Positions 1 to 11,326 of a stretch of 64,000 nucleotides of DNA are shown here, one piece after another; positions within the stretch are counted from its first letter, which is position 1, and each line of letters begins with the position of its first letter. The notes under the pieces were generated by a model, which worked only from the letters and a program-made list of their open reading frames with translations, searched no databases and was not told where the DNA came from. Origin of the DNA: Eledone cirrhosa (Eukaryota); the NCBI GenBank assembly GCA_964016885.1, contig OZ024741.1:401760001-401824000 (forward strand). Reading direction: 5' to 3'. The position numbers and the translations under genes were made by a program.

Positions 1-147
1 TGAAAACAAGAGTTTCAAATAAAATAACATTGTTTTTCTTTTACCTGTTGGTTATATATGCCATTTAGTCATGTAAATATTTGGTATTTTATTCACAGCT
101 GTGTAAATAACATTACTAATTGTTCAGTGAAAATATAAACACATATA

Positions 148-330
148 ATTGTTTCTACTTTTGGCACAAGGCCAGCAATTATTCCAGTGTATTACTGGTA
201 CTTTATTATATTGACCCCATAAGGATGAAAAGCAAAGTTAACCTCGGCAGGGTTTGAACTCAGACCGTAAAGGGCCGTAACTCTTTGCTGCAAAGCAAAG
301 TGTCCGACCTTCTACTGATACGGCTAAACA
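148..330 (-). mobile_element. tRNA-derived SINE (family A), 5'-degraded
   Basis: Reverse complement contains B-box-like gagttcaaacc, the core ctttgcttttcatccttatggggtcaatataataaagtaccag and the tail ggccttgtgccaaaagtagaaacaatta; same family as 17749-17945. Confidence 0.8.
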
Positions 331-694
331 CATATAGTAGTTATAATTAACTATTGCTAGGAACCTCACAAATATAACACACCAACATATATGATCAGAG
401 AGAGAGAGAAAAATAGGGGGGAACAAAAGCAAAAATGACCATCAATTCACCACCAAGTGTGATAATTGGCCACACATTACAAGTGTTAATATTGTAATAT
501 ATTGTATAAGTCACACAAATTCTGTTGGGAGACATGCTTAACTCTTTAGCATTTAAACCGGCCGTATCCGGCCAAAATTCTCTCACTTCTTTCTGTTCAA
601 ATTGGCTTTAACTGGCCACTCATACTGATGTTAAAGTATAGTTCTTAAAATAAATAATATGAAAATCGCATAGATTTGATATTATATGAGTTAT

Positions 695-1990
695 TATAAT
701 AATAATAATAATAATGAAATTATTTTGTAAAGTGCTCAGGTGCACTACAACTCGTCAAAGGTGTATGTATAGTACATAGAATAATACACAAATGTCAGAG
801 AAGTGAATAGTGTATGAGTCATGGTATACATGTGTGTATGTGTATGGAGGGGGAACATTAGTTGTAGTGTTGGCGGATCTCGGGAAGCATGGAGGCCTTA
901 AAGGATGCAGTGTCTCGACAGCTAACAACTGATGCAGGTAGTTTGTTCCATGCTTCAGCAACTCTGAGCATGAAAAAATGTTTCCGAAAGTCATGGGAAC
1001 TGTGCTGTTTTCTGACTTTGTGGGTATGTCCACGTGTGTTAGACATATGGAAATCAAAAAGGTACTCAGGGTTGTTGTTGGCAAGATGGTTAATAATTTT
1101 GTGGGTGTTTACCAAGTCAGTTGCCAGGCGTCGGAGCTTCAATGTATCCATGCCCAGGGAACTAAGGCGCTCAGAGTATGGTAGATGCCTGATGGAGGGT
1201 ATTCGCTTGGTTGCACGTCTCTGAACAGTTTCCAGGAGGTCAATGTTCTGAGCAAGATAGGGGTTCCAGACTGGTGATGCAAATTCTAAGTGTGGCCGCA
1301 CCATAGCCATGTACAGCCTTAAATAGATATCTGGAGAGCGGCTGACAAAGGTCTTGCTGAGTGATGCTAAGACACCCTCGGCCCTCTTGACAATTTTAGA
1401 GACGTGCTTCGTCCAACGCAAATCGCTGCTGACCGTAATGCCCAGGTCACGTTCACAAGAAGACTTCTTGATATTAGTGCTGTGGAGGGAGTATGTGGAC
1501 GCTGGGTTTTTACTCCCAAAATGCATGGTGGTGCACTTGTCTACAGCTAGCTTGAGTTGCCAGTTTGAGATCCATTGTTGCATTGTGTCCAGGTCAGACT
1601 GCAAGCAAAATCTATAGTGTTCAGGATCTCAAGGTACAGCTTGATGTCGTCTGCATACTTTAGTACCGTGGCATTCTTTAAGTTGGCATCTATGTCATTA
1701 ATATATGCCACAAACAAAAGAGGGCCAAGAACAGATCCCTGTGGTACACCAGATTACATCTCATATGGTGAGGAATGCTGTCCCAGAACCGTGACTACCT
1801 CTCTTCGACTGAGAATGAAGGACTTCAACCAGTTAAAAAGATCATCCTTCATACCCATTGCAGAGAGTTTTGCCTTAAGCCTTTTGTGTGGCACAGAATT
1901 GCAGGCCTTCGCAAAGTCAAGGTAAACAACATCCACCCATGAGCTGCCATCAGTGATCCGGGTGATGTCCTCAAGAAACTCTATAAGTTG
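695..1990 (-). mobile_element. 5'-truncated CR1-clade LINE (ORF2 RT C-terminal half, 3'UTR, (ATT)n tail)
   Basis: ORFs 1754-1936 (VYLDFAKA.NSVPHKRL) and 858-1604 (ERDLGITV, LYMAMVRPHLEFASPVWNP, LETVQRRATKRI, FFMLRVAEAWNKLP). [14 protein letters not shown] and YADD motifs read on the minus strand between them. Frameshifted; (taa)n run near 697-715. Confidence 0.92.
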
Positions 1991-2222
1991 ATCACAGCAG
2001 CTGGAGTTGGGGATAAATCCAAATTACGAGGGCCGGATAAGACTGTGAGAGCTCCAGAAGTTCCAAAGTGTTTATGTGTGATTAAGCCTTTACTGTGAAA
2101 ATACAATAGTAAATATAGAGTAATGTAAATGTTATATGAGTTATTATGTGAGGTAAAGTCTTTACCATGAAAATACAATAGTATATATCGAGTAATGTAA
2201 ATGTTAAAGGGTTAATGAGTTT

Positions 2223-2480
2223 GGACTACATTCACTCTTGTCACCACAATTTCCTCAGCATATTACTTTGATTGATGTCATCAGAGGCACCTTTGATGTA
2301 GCTGGTCTCTCATTACAACTGAAGCCTGTGGGGCCTCAGCCATGGTAACCCCAAATGGGATAAAACTTTGCCTGTTTAAGTGAGGTAAATCTCTAATCTG
2401 GGACACTATGCTGTGATACACTCTCTGCATCCATCTTCGTTGCTTTGGCTACAAACCCAGGCACTGCCACTTGTAATACA
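2223..2480 (+). mobile_element. Degraded CRE/NeSL-type retrotransposon fragment (zinc knuckle and start of restriction-like endonuclease)
   Basis: Manual translation across frameshifts: GLHSL..; PQHITLIDVIRGTFDVAGLSLQLKPVG; PNGIKLCLFK*GKSLIWDT..CDTLSAS. Matches the CRE pattern RH..LN.II.R.L..AG....LEP.GL...RPDG......GK.L.WD.TC.DTLA. Confidence 0.6.
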
Positions 2481-2639
2481 GAGGAGCAGAAAATAACCAA
2501 ACCCTGGAATTTAACCGACTGCTTCCATTGTGTGTGTGTTACCGCTCACACCTATGCTGGTTTAGCTTGCCTGCTTCAAGGCATATCTCGTTGGAGGTGT
2601 CTTGGGTAATTTAATGATAGGGACCCCAGTCCTATCATC

Positions 2640-2775
2640 TCATTTCTACAGCTGAGTAAACTGGAGCAACGTGAAATAAAGTGTCTTCCTCAAGAAAACA
2701 ACACATCACCTGGTCTGAGAATTGAACTCACAACCTTTCGATTACAAGCCCAATGCTCTAACCACTAAGCCATGC
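2640..2775 (-). mobile_element. tRNA-derived SINE (family B)
   Basis: Reverse complement: gcatggcttagtggttagagc (A box) ... gtgagttcaattc (B box), then ttgaggaagacactttatttcacgttgctccagtttactcagctgtagaaatgag. No acceptor stem, so not a tRNA. Confidence 0.75.
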
Positions 2776-3043
2776 TACTTCCATGTTGTGCCCATCAAGA
2801 GAAGGGTTTTAGTGTCTCCATTTTCTAAGTCCTCTTTCTTTTCTCTCCTTATCAGCCTATATTATGTCGACACCTTATACCTTATTGCTGCATTTCTCAC
2901 TATGTTTTTATACTTCAATCTCCTCCCTAAACACACTTTCTATTTAATTTTATTTACTTTTTTTTATTTTATTTTTACTTTTATATTACAATTTTATGTT
3001 TTCTAATATATAAACCAAGTATTCATTTTTACTTCTCCCCCAG

Positions 3044-3076
3044 AACTTACTACTGCGGCTGCATTAACCACTACAG
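3044..3076 (+). CDS. Host gene exon 1 in window (33-nt, phase 1-1): ELTTAAALTTT, Thr-rich linker
   Basis: Acceptor ttttacttctcccccag, donor gtaaat; length is a multiple of 3; last G joins AA of the next exon to give Glu in frame. Confidence 0.65.
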
Positions 3077-3460
3077 GTAAATTGTTTTGAGTATTCTTAT
3101 TTTATTCACTGTTTCAATAAAACAATAGAGAAGTAATTAATTAGAAACCTTATAAACCAAGGGAGCTAATCAACACGTTGTTTAGATGGTGTATATAAGC
3201 CAACCTCCAGGCTGATGTTACTACTACCTGCTGGGAAAGAGCCGTCTCATCAGGGACTTGGTTTAAGGTGATTGACATGTTGGTAAGTGGATAAACAGTC
3301 AAGAAAAGGATAATGGCTTTTTAAAGGCCATTAATGAAAGTTTTAGAATAAATTATGTTTTTTTATATTTTCAGGGAGTAAATGTGTGTGTGGGTGTTTG
3401 TATATTCCATTATCTATGTAGATATGGGTGGGAAATACTGTAGTATTGTAGTGATATATA

Positions 3461-4100
3461 TCATCATCATTTAATGTCCATCTTCCATGCTAGCATGGGT
3501 TAGACGGTTTTGTTCCATTTGATGCAGGAATGGTCGGGAGACTGTGTCTCGCTCTCACGGAAGCGTCTCTGGCAGGTTTTTTACAGCTGGATGCCCTTCC
3601 TAACACCAACCACATTTACAGTGTGGACTGGGAGCCTTTTTATTGTGCCTCCTACATGGTCACCTTACAGTGTGGACTGTTGTGTCATCGACACAGTGGA
3701 CGGAACGGAAGAGGGAGGTGGGGTAGGGTGTGGCAGTGGGGTGTACATTGAGTTAAGAGGTGCCTACTGACTGTAGGTTTGTATGCAATGGTAGTCGGGT
3801 CTTCTGTACAACTGCATGGCGCCAAAGGTCTCGATCCAGTGTCATTGTCTTAGAGAGGTGTAAGTGGGCAAGGTCAGTTTTTATCACCTCGTTCCAGGTT
3901 TTTCTTGGTCTACTCACTCTGCAGCTTCCATCAATTTTCATTGCCCTGCACCTTTTTATACACCTTTTTATACCAACACAATCTGCTCTCCAGAACACAA
4001 CATTTGATACCTCTTATGCTTAGTCTCCCTCTTAGTTTGTTTATGCTTTGCCTTTCGCGCACATTACTATTACACATCCATCGGAGCATGCAAGCTTCAT
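3461..4100 (-). mobile_element. 5'-truncated RTE-clade LINE with 3'UTR and (ATG)n tail
   Basis: Minus-strand EACMLRWMCNSNVRERQS..LRGRLSIRGIKCC and RPRKTWNEVIKTDL..DRDLWR; tail seen as tcatcatcat at 3461. Confidence 0.85.
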
Positions 4101-4104
4101 ATAT

Positions 4105-5035
4105 ATATTGCAAACAATGGGTACACAAGAGATGTAGCGGGATCTCAGGAAGCTTAATTAAGAATGTAGGCTTCACATGCAGCAGCTGTGTTGGGACAGC
4201 AAGCAGCAAACAGCCACAGGAAACAAGTACCACCAATCTCTGGGAGGGCCCTGTAGAAACAGTAGACAGCTTCTGCTACCTAGGTGACCGAATTAGCAAC
4301 GGAGGTGGGTGTTCAGAAAGTACAATAACTAGGGTAAGAACGGGATGGAAGAAGTTCAGGGAACTACTGCCACTGCTAGCTGCAAAAGGCTTCTCCCTCA
4401 AAATGAAAGGCAGACTGTATGATGCGTGTATCCGAACAGCAATGTTACATGGTAGTGAGACCTGGGCGCTGAAGGTGGAAGACTTACGTAGATTAGAAAG
4501 AAATGAAGCCTGCATGCTCCGATGGATGTGTAATAGTAATATACGCGAACGACAAAGCATAAATGAATTGAGAGAGAGACTGAGCATAAGAGGAATCAAA
4601 TGCTGTGTGCAGGAGAGGCGGTTGCGTTGGTATGGACATGTGATGCGTATGAAGGATGACAGCTGCATAAAACGGTGCAGAGCACTAGAAGTCGATGGAG
4701 CAGAGTGGGGGAGACCCAAGAAGACCTGGGATGAGGTGATAAAAGCCGACCTTACCCAATTACACCTCTCAAAGGCGATGACACACGACCGTGACCTCTG
4801 GCGTCACGCAGTAATACAGAGTACCCGACCTCCCATGAGTACAAGCTGAAGCATATAGACAATATGCTCCCACACCCTCCCACTGCAAGCTGGTCATGGA
4901 GGTGCCACGGAAAAAAGCACCCAGCACTCACTGTAAATGAGGTTAGTGTTAAGAAGGGCATCCAGCTGTAGAAATCAAACCAAAATCAGTTCCTGTATGA
5001 GCAAGGCATGGTCAGCCGACCAGACACTGCCCACA
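4105..5035 (+). mobile_element. 5'-truncated RTE-clade LINE (C-terminal ORF part and 3'UTR)
   Basis: ORF 3905-4849 from about 4105: CKQWVHKRCSG..FTCSSC zinc finger, ETVDSFCYLGD, RVRTGWKKFRELLPLL, MLHGSETW, RRLRWYGHVMR, GRPKKTW; UTR motif aagggcatccagctgtagaaa. Confidence 0.9.
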
Positions 5036-5038
5036 ACA

Positions 5039-5248
5039 GGACAATCCCAAAAGTAAGGTCTCCAAAGCGATGGGGACGCAGAGAAACTGTTCGTACGGCT
5101 GTTGGCAACACTGTTGTGATTGGTGCTTCCTTCACTCCCAAAAAAGCATGCGCCCACTTCGCTGGGATGCTCAATCTTGGCTTGGCAGCCATTGAGAATG
5201 GAGCTCCCATTGAACGCTACCGCCAAGTGCGAATTTCACGCAGTTATT
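5039..5248 (+). mobile_element. 5' fragment of a mariner-like DNA transposon (left TIR and transposase start)
   Basis: ggacaatcccaaaagtaaggtctcc matches the TIR of the adjacent MITE; ATG at 5198 gives MELPLNATAKCEFHAVI, resembling the mariner N-terminal K.E.RAVI motif. Confidence 0.6.
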
Positions 5249-5253
5249 ATATA

Positions 5254-5427
5254 GAGGGCAATCCCAAAAGTAAGGTCTCCTTCCGAGGAAAACATGCGTA
5301 AAGATCGGCGGATCACTCTGGATGCTCTCTGAATTTTGGTTCCTGAGGTTTCCCGAAGCACCATCCACAGGATTTTAACGGAAAAGTTGCAATATCGGAA
5401 GGAGACCTTACTTTTGGGATTGCCCTC
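5254..5427. mobile_element. Tc1/mariner-derived MITE with 33-bp perfect TIRs
   Basis: gagggcaatcccaaaagtaaggtctccttccga at 5254 and its exact reverse complement ending at 5427; TA-rich flanks. Confidence 0.85.
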
Positions 5428-5678
5428 GCATATATATATATACACACACTAAGATATATCAAATTAGATTTCGTTTGTGTAGATCAGATGTGCAAACAAA
5501 ATAAATATGGAAGATTGCTTACAAATATTTTTTCTCAATGTGTTCCTTGCAAGGAATTTGCATGTGGATGGTTATTGTACAGAAACATATGTTAAGGAAT
5601 GAACTCTCAATAATTTTCTCCTTCTGACTAATTCTTCTTGCCTAGTTATTCCTGTTTTTCCTGGTACCATTATTATTA

Positions 5679-5687
5679 TTATATCTA

Positions 5688-5735
<48 letters not shown>
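5679..5735. repeat. (TA)n microsatellite
   Basis: Direct reading. Confidence 0.95.
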
Positions 5736-5738
<3 letters not shown>

Positions 5739-5781
5739 ACACAAAGTTAAATATACAAGTATGTTGCTTCATTTATTTCAG

Positions 5782-6041
5782 AAGAACCGTGTAAAATTGT
5801 TGATGGAATGTCTAGCACTGAGTACATAGCAAGCAATTCAATAAAAGTTTCAAGTAACACAAGATATGTAAATGCCTTAAGACCTTTCAGAGAAGGTTGG
5901 AAATCAGATGAGACTGACCAGACAAGGACTGTCACTATAAATGTTGGAGATGCTTTTATTAAAGGTGGACAGATTAAGTTACGAAAAAGTAAATTTGTTG
6001 CAACTTTTGATGTTATTTTTGAAGGAAAACAAGCCATTAAG
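5782..6041 (+). CDS. Host gene exon 2 (260 nt, phase 1-0): N-terminal part of a divergent F5/8 type C (discoidin)-like domain
   Basis: Acceptor atttatttcag, donor gttagt; reads EEPCKIVDGMSSTEYIASNSIKVSSN...EGWKSDETDQTRTVTINV...KQAIK (ORF track 5808-6101), similar to the C..LGM....I....I.ASS...GW....WLQVDL pattern. Confidence 0.85.
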
Positions 6042-6114
6042 GTTAGTTTTGTTTTTATTAGTTCATATATTTATTTCATTTCAATCTTTAAGAATGTGTA
6101 ATAACACACACACA

Positions 6115-6400
6115 CATAGACAAGTTGAGAGAGAAACTGTATAAGAGGGATAAACTATAGTGTGTGGGAGAGACTGCATTGGTATGGAAATGCGATGCAC
6201 ATGGAGGATGACCGCTGGGTGAAAAAGTGCCAAGAAATGGCAGTAGAAGGAAGACGTAGTAGAGGAAGACCACGAAAATCATGGGCGGAGGTGGTGAGAG
6301 CAGACCTCAGATCGCTGAAGCTCATGGAGGAGATGACGAAGGACCATGACAAGTGGAGCGATGCTGTGTATTCAGTCATCATCATCATTTCATGTCATGG
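6115..6400 (+). mobile_element. RTE LINE 3' fragment
   Basis: ORF 6162-6404: ERLHWYGNAMHM..WVKKC..VEGRRSRGRPRKSW..D..KW. Confidence 0.85.
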
Positions 6401-6444
6401 TTGAAAGTTCCTCTCTGCTCTTTTTGGCGGGTTTTCTATAGAAG

Positions 6445-6830
6445 CCCTTCCTAACACCAACAACTTTATAGTGTGTACTGAGGGCTTAGTTTCCATGGCT
6501 GGAAACCCTTCCTAACACCAACAACTTTATAGTGTGTACTGAGGGCTTAGTTTCTATGGCTGGAAACCCTTCCTAACACCAACAACTTTATAGTGTGTAC
6601 TGAGGGCTTAGTTTCCATGGCTGGAAACCCTTCCTAACACCAACAACTTTATAGTGTGTACTGAGGGCTTAGTTTCTATGGCTGGAAACCCTTCCTAACA
6701 CCAACAACTTTATAGTGTGTACTGAGGGCTTAGTTTCTATGGCTGGAAACCCTTCCTAACACCAACAACTTTATAGTGTGTACTGGGGGCTTAGTTTCTA
6801 TGGCTGGAAACCCTTCCTAAGACCAACCAT
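6445..6830. repeat. 61-bp minisatellite, 6 full copies plus a partial, derived from an RTE/SINE 3' tail
   Basis: cccttcctaacacc recurs at 6445, 6506, 6567, 6628, 6689, 6750 and 6811; the unit matches the single-copy tail at 3585-3635 (gctggatgcccttcctaacaccaaccacatttacagtgtggactgg). Confidence 0.95.
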
Positions 6831-6936
6831 TTTACAGAGTCTACTAGACAGAAATTTATATTCAAAGTATTTCTAAATAATTGAAGCACTTCATTATATA
6901 CAATTTTGTTAAAATTAAACTTCATTCTTCTTCAAG

Positions 6937-7072
6937 GGAAATAAACCTGAACAAACTGTTTTTGTACCACGTGGAACGAAATACAAAATAGTTACCGTGA
7001 AATTTCATCCAACAGTAATCAACTGTAGTCTTATTGTAGCAATTTCAATTATTGGTTGTTTCAAGGATAAAT
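6937..7072 (+). CDS. Host gene exon 3 (136 nt, phase 0-1): C-terminal part of the discoidin-like domain
   Basis: Acceptor ttcattcttcttcaag, donor gtaagt; GNKPEQTVFVPRGTKYKIVTVKFHPTVINCSLIVAISIIGCFKDK, ending in the typical hydrophobic-GC motif. Confidence 0.85.
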
Positions 7073-7294
7073 GTAAGTATACAACATGTCATTTATTGGT
7101 ATCTGTCTAATATATTATCTTACAGGGTGTTTGCATGCATTGTATGATCCCGTAACTGCTGAGGGAGTCATAGGGGCGCCGTAGTGGCATACAGCATTTT
7201 TAAAACCTAGCAGTGCTCATCTCCTCTCCAGGTCTGAATACAGCAGATTACTTCCAAAGAAGGACTGGAAGTGAGAAAGAGATATAGAGGAAGA

Positions 7295-7452
7295 ATCGAC
7301 CCCAACACTTGGCTGGTACTTTTTACATCGACCTCAAATTGATGAATGGCAAAGTTGACTTAGCAGGATTCGAACTTAGAGAGCAGAGAACTGAAACAAA
7401 TACCGCAAAGCATTCTCTCTGATGTTCTAATGACTCTACCCATTTGCTGCCT
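7295..7452 (-). mobile_element. Diverged tRNA-derived SINE (family A related)
   Basis: ctggtactttttacatcgacc..gatgaatggcaaagttgac..ggattcgaactt; the reverse complement carries a B box gttcgaatcc. Confidence 0.7.
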
Positions 7453-7665
7453 CACTGGGTGTTTACTAAAGGATTTTATAGGAGTTTTTTTTAATACAAA
7501 CAGATAAACAAAGTAATAAATTTGTTAGAAAGAGGTTCAAAGTCAATTTAGTATAAAAAAGAAAGCAGCATTGGAAAGGACTATAAATGCCATAAAGGAG
7601 GGAAAGGTCAAGGATTATTAGGTAAAGGAAGAAAGAAAGAGGCAGGGGGAGAGAGTATGATAGAC

Positions 7666-7880
7666 CTAGGTCAGAGCGGTGTTTTGGCTGCACCTCATGG
7701 ACAAAATGCCAAAGGCATTTCCGTAGGCAATGGCTAGTGACACCCACTGGAGCAGCCACCTCACCTCGCTGGGCTCTTTCCACAGATGGACTGCTGCCAT
7801 TCCAATTTTAATAAGTAGGTCAGCTGTATAGGGTCCTAGGATGCCTGAGGTCTTGACAGAGACTGGTGCCAATTTAGTAT
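7666..7880 (-). mobile_element. CRE-clade retrotransposon fragment (C-terminal restriction-like endonuclease)
   Basis: ORF 7666-7872 APVSVKTSGILGP....LIKIG......KEPSEVRWLLQWVSLAIAYGNAFGIL matches P.A.ET.G..G......L..IG......GEPRE...L.QR.S.AI.RGNA..IL. Confidence 0.7.
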
Positions 7881-8233
7881 AGGAGTTAACTCTTTATATC
7901 GTAATAATTTAGCAGAAAATATCTAAAAGCAGGTTTGTTAACAGTATCTTCACTAGTGGACAGACCAGTGTAAAAAAACTTACAGTAAACTAAAACAAAG
8001 TCCTACATTTTTAATGTGCTGCTGTCATTTTGTTGTTTTGTATTTTTTGAGAATGTTTTCCTAATGCTATTTCATGCTGAACAGAATTAAGATAAATGAA
8101 AAACAACCTAAGTTTGCATTACAAATATTATATTTGTTGCTCTAAGAAATACATCTGCAAAATCCCATTCTGTAATCCAAGGAAAGTTTAAAAATTTATA
8201 TTTAATATATGTATTCGTGAGTTTTATATTGAA

Positions 8234-8712
8234 CTAGCAGTGGTACCCGGCGTTGCACAGGATAAGTTATTTTGGAACGCGGGCTGCCAACAGATCTAAT
8301 CGTGGAAAAACTGCATGCCTGGACAATATGTAAAGAAAATAAACCCAATACTCTGATGGCTGGATAATCTTTAAGATTTTCCTCGATAAAGCAGGAAAAA
8401 TGCAGGTTTTCACCTAGGGGATCAAGAAAATCAATTTTTTTAATATGCCTTGAAATTTCGGGAAAATCGGCTAGACGTAACACCTCCAAAAAGCCCTAAA
8501 AAGCTGAAAAATGAAGTTTTTCACCTAATGCGGGCCCTAGGCCATAAAAAAGTTGGATTTTCTTTGCTCACGGTATGAAGAAGAGATTTTCCTAATGCGG
8601 GCTCTAGGAGAATTTTTTATGTGCATAACACTCCCGGAAACATAAGTAATACACATGTAAAGTTTGAAAAAAATTGGTTGGGTACTTCTCGAGTTTTAGG
8701 GATTCAAACTTA

Positions 8713-8749
<37 letters not shown>

Positions 8750-9064
8750 ACACAGACAGACATCCTCAGGGAAGTGACATAATGCAGACAGCCAGACATA
8801 CAGACAGATATTATAAGGGCGCGACGTTATATGTATGTATCTATCTAAAAAGAGAAAGACTAAGAATTATAGAGAGAGATCGCTAAATCACCTAATGCGG
8901 TCCCTAGGGCATTGAAAATTTGAATTCTTTTTGCTCAGAACACTCCCTGAAACATAAGTATTACGTGTGTAAAGTTTGAAAACAGTCGGTTGGATGCTTC
9001 TCGAGTTTTAGGAATTCAAACTCACACACACGCAGACAGACATCCTCAGTTTTATATATATAGA
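8234..9064 (-). mobile_element. Non-autonomous Helitron-like element, copy 1
   Basis: Minus-strand 3' end ...cctgtgcaacgccgggtaccactgCTAG-T (subterminal hairpin then CTAG); minus-strand 5' end TCtatatatataaaactgagg; internal (CA)n/acag microsatellite. Confidence 0.7.
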
Positions 9065-9576
9065 CTAGCAGTGGTACCCGGCGTTGCACGGGATAAGGTA
9101 TTCTGAAATATATAACCGCCTTAGCTAAGCTTAGTATTGCCATAACCACGGCTGGCAAAGAAGTAAGGGTCTGGTGGTACGTAAGTAAGCAACACTGTGG
9201 CTTAAAACGTGAGGAAGAAGTTGTGTGCACTTACCAACTGTTTGGGAAATGAGTGTGAGATTTGTCTTGAGCAAGGGTGGCAGAATAACCGGAGGCAGCA
9301 GACAGCCAGACATACAGACAGATATTATAAGGGCGCGGCGTTATATGTATGTATCTATCTAAAAAGAGAAAGACTAAGAATTATAGAGAGAGATCGCTAA
9401 ATCGCCTAATGCGGTCCTTAGGGCATTGAAAATTTGAAATTGTTTTTGCTCAGAACACTCCCTGAAACAAGTATTACATGTGTAAAGTTTGAAAACAGTC
9501 GGTTGGGTGCTTCTCTAGTTTTAGGGATTCAAACTCACACACACACAGACAGACATCCTCAGTTTTATATATATAG
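9065..9576 (-). mobile_element. Non-autonomous Helitron-like element, copy 2, head-to-tail with copy 1
   Basis: ctagcagtggtacccggcgttgcacggga at 9065; about 280 bp at 9297-9576 duplicates 8785-9064. Confidence 0.7.
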
Positions 9577-9577
9577 T

Positions 9578-9747
9578 CAAGGCCAGCAATTACCCAGTAC
9601 ATTACTGGTACTTTATTTTATCGACCCCGTGAGGATGAAAGGCAAAGTTAACCTCGGCGGTATTTGAACTCAGACCGTAAAGGGACGTAACTATGCTGGA
9701 AAGCATGGTGTCCAACTATCTACAGATTCTGCCAATCCACCGCCCTA
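9578..9747 (-). mobile_element. tRNA-derived SINE (family A), near full length
   Basis: Reverse complement ttagggcggtggattggcagaatctgtag (A box) ... gagttcaaatacc (B box) ... tttcatcctcacggggtcgataaaataaagtaccag. Confidence 0.85.
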
Positions 9748-9981
9748 ATGTCTGTACGTAATGAGGGAGTGAGAGGGGAGAGAAAGAAAGGCAGAGGTGA
9801 AGTGACGAAGTGACTCTCTCCTCCTCCTCCTCCTCCATCTCCCCATTCGTCACAGTGATAGAGGGGAGGAATGTTAGTGTGTTACAAAGAGAAAGAGTGA
9901 GAGTGAGAAACAGACAGACTAAAAGAGAGGGATAGCTGGAGAGAGAGAGAGATAGCAACAGATACAGTACAGTAGCTAAGG

Positions 9982-10425
9982 GATGTATATATATTTCTGT
10001 GTGTATATATATATATATACATTTCTGTGTGTGTAATATATATATATATACACACAGAAATATATATACATTAATGAATACAGAAATGTATATATATTTC
10101 TGTGTGTGTGTATATATATATATATATATTACACACACAGAAATGTATATATATTTCTGTGTGTGTGTATATATATATATATATATTACACACACAGAAA
10201 TGTATATATATTTCTGTGTGTGTATATATATATATATATATATTACACACACAGAAATGTATATATATTTCTGTGAGTATATATATATATATATTACACA
10301 CACAGAAATGTATATATATTTCTGTGTGTATATATATATATTTCTGTGTGTGTATATATATATTTCTGTGTGTGTATATATATATATATATTACACACAC
10401 ACAGAAATGTATATATGTTTCTGTA
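9982..10425. repeat. Compound (TA)n/(CA)n/(TG)n palindromic minisatellite, unit about 55-60 bp
   Basis: Repeated acacacacagaaatgtatatatatttctgtgtgtgt(at)n; the unit is self-complementary. The overlapping I/Y/C-rich ORFs are artefacts. Confidence 0.9.
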
Positions 10426-10884
10426 GCACTCCTCAATTCCCCCCTCTCTCCCTCCCGCTATCCTCCTCTTGTAGTCTGTCTCTTTCTTTCACTCTCACTC
10501 TCTCTCTACGCGTGCGTAAAAAACATTCGCACGCACGCACGTGTTTTAGCGTCTATTCACTCTCTCTCTCTCCCTCCCGCTATCCCCCTCTCATAGTCTG
10601 TCTCTTTCTTTCACTCTCACTCTCTGTCTACATGTGCGCAAAAAACATTCACACGCACGCACGTGTTTCCACTGTCGGACAGACAGATAGACAAACAGAG
10701 AAATTGCTGGTTATATATTATAAGGCGATAATGATAAAATTTGATTTGTTTGCAAGCAATCTGCCTCATTATACTATGTTTTTTTAGATGTCTATCACCA
10801 TCCTTTTGTTTTAGCAGTGGCACAGGGAGAAACAATCGACTATTGTTTCTGGGTTATTAACCTTTGTCAAGTATATGTAACTCT

Positions 10885-11006
10885 TGAGAATATAAAAAAC
10901 ATAGCATAATGAGGCTGTTAGCTTGCAAATGAATATAAAAAAATAATAATAATATTTAATTCATTTGCAAGATAACAGCCTCATTACGCTGTTTTTTATA
11001 TTCTCA
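10885..11006. repeat. Fold-back element, about 50-bp arms
   Basis: tgagaatataaaaaacatagcataatgaggctgttagcttgcaaatgaat ... attcatttgcaagataacagcctcattacgctgttttttatattctca. Confidence 0.85.
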
Positions 11007-11326
11007 TGTGCCAAAAGTAGAAACAATTATTGTTATTTGATATAAAACTCACAAATACATTTAAGTATCCACTATGCTAGAGCAAAAAACCAAATTCTAA
11101 TTTTGTTTTTTATATATGAAATAATTTAATATTTAATATAATTATTACATTCACTTAAATAATTTCATGATATCATATTCCTGTAAATATTTCCGTTACC
11201 GTATTTATATAAAATTGAAAATAAGATTTAATTACATAGCTTAATTAAATTGAAATATTAAATAAACTTTGGTATATAACATCTAATTAGTTATTAGAAA
11301 TAAATCGATATTTTATTTCCTCAAAG

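Noticed and set aside
2095-2210. Two-copy duplication of about 40 bp (a similar case at 12490-12690)
   Set aside because: Simple local duplications with no further structure.
2700-2775. tRNA gene on the minus strand
   Set aside because: A and B boxes are present but there is no acceptor stem, and it continues into a SINE body.
3905-4849. 314-aa ORF as a host gene
   Set aside because: Chimera of an antisense RTE fragment and a sense RTE fragment.
9716-10835. Long I/Y/C/T-rich ORFs
   Set aside because: Translations of microsatellite sequence.
10788-10870. Possible extra exon after tttttttag
   Set aside because: No convincing in-phase donor and no protein motif; it runs into a fold-back.
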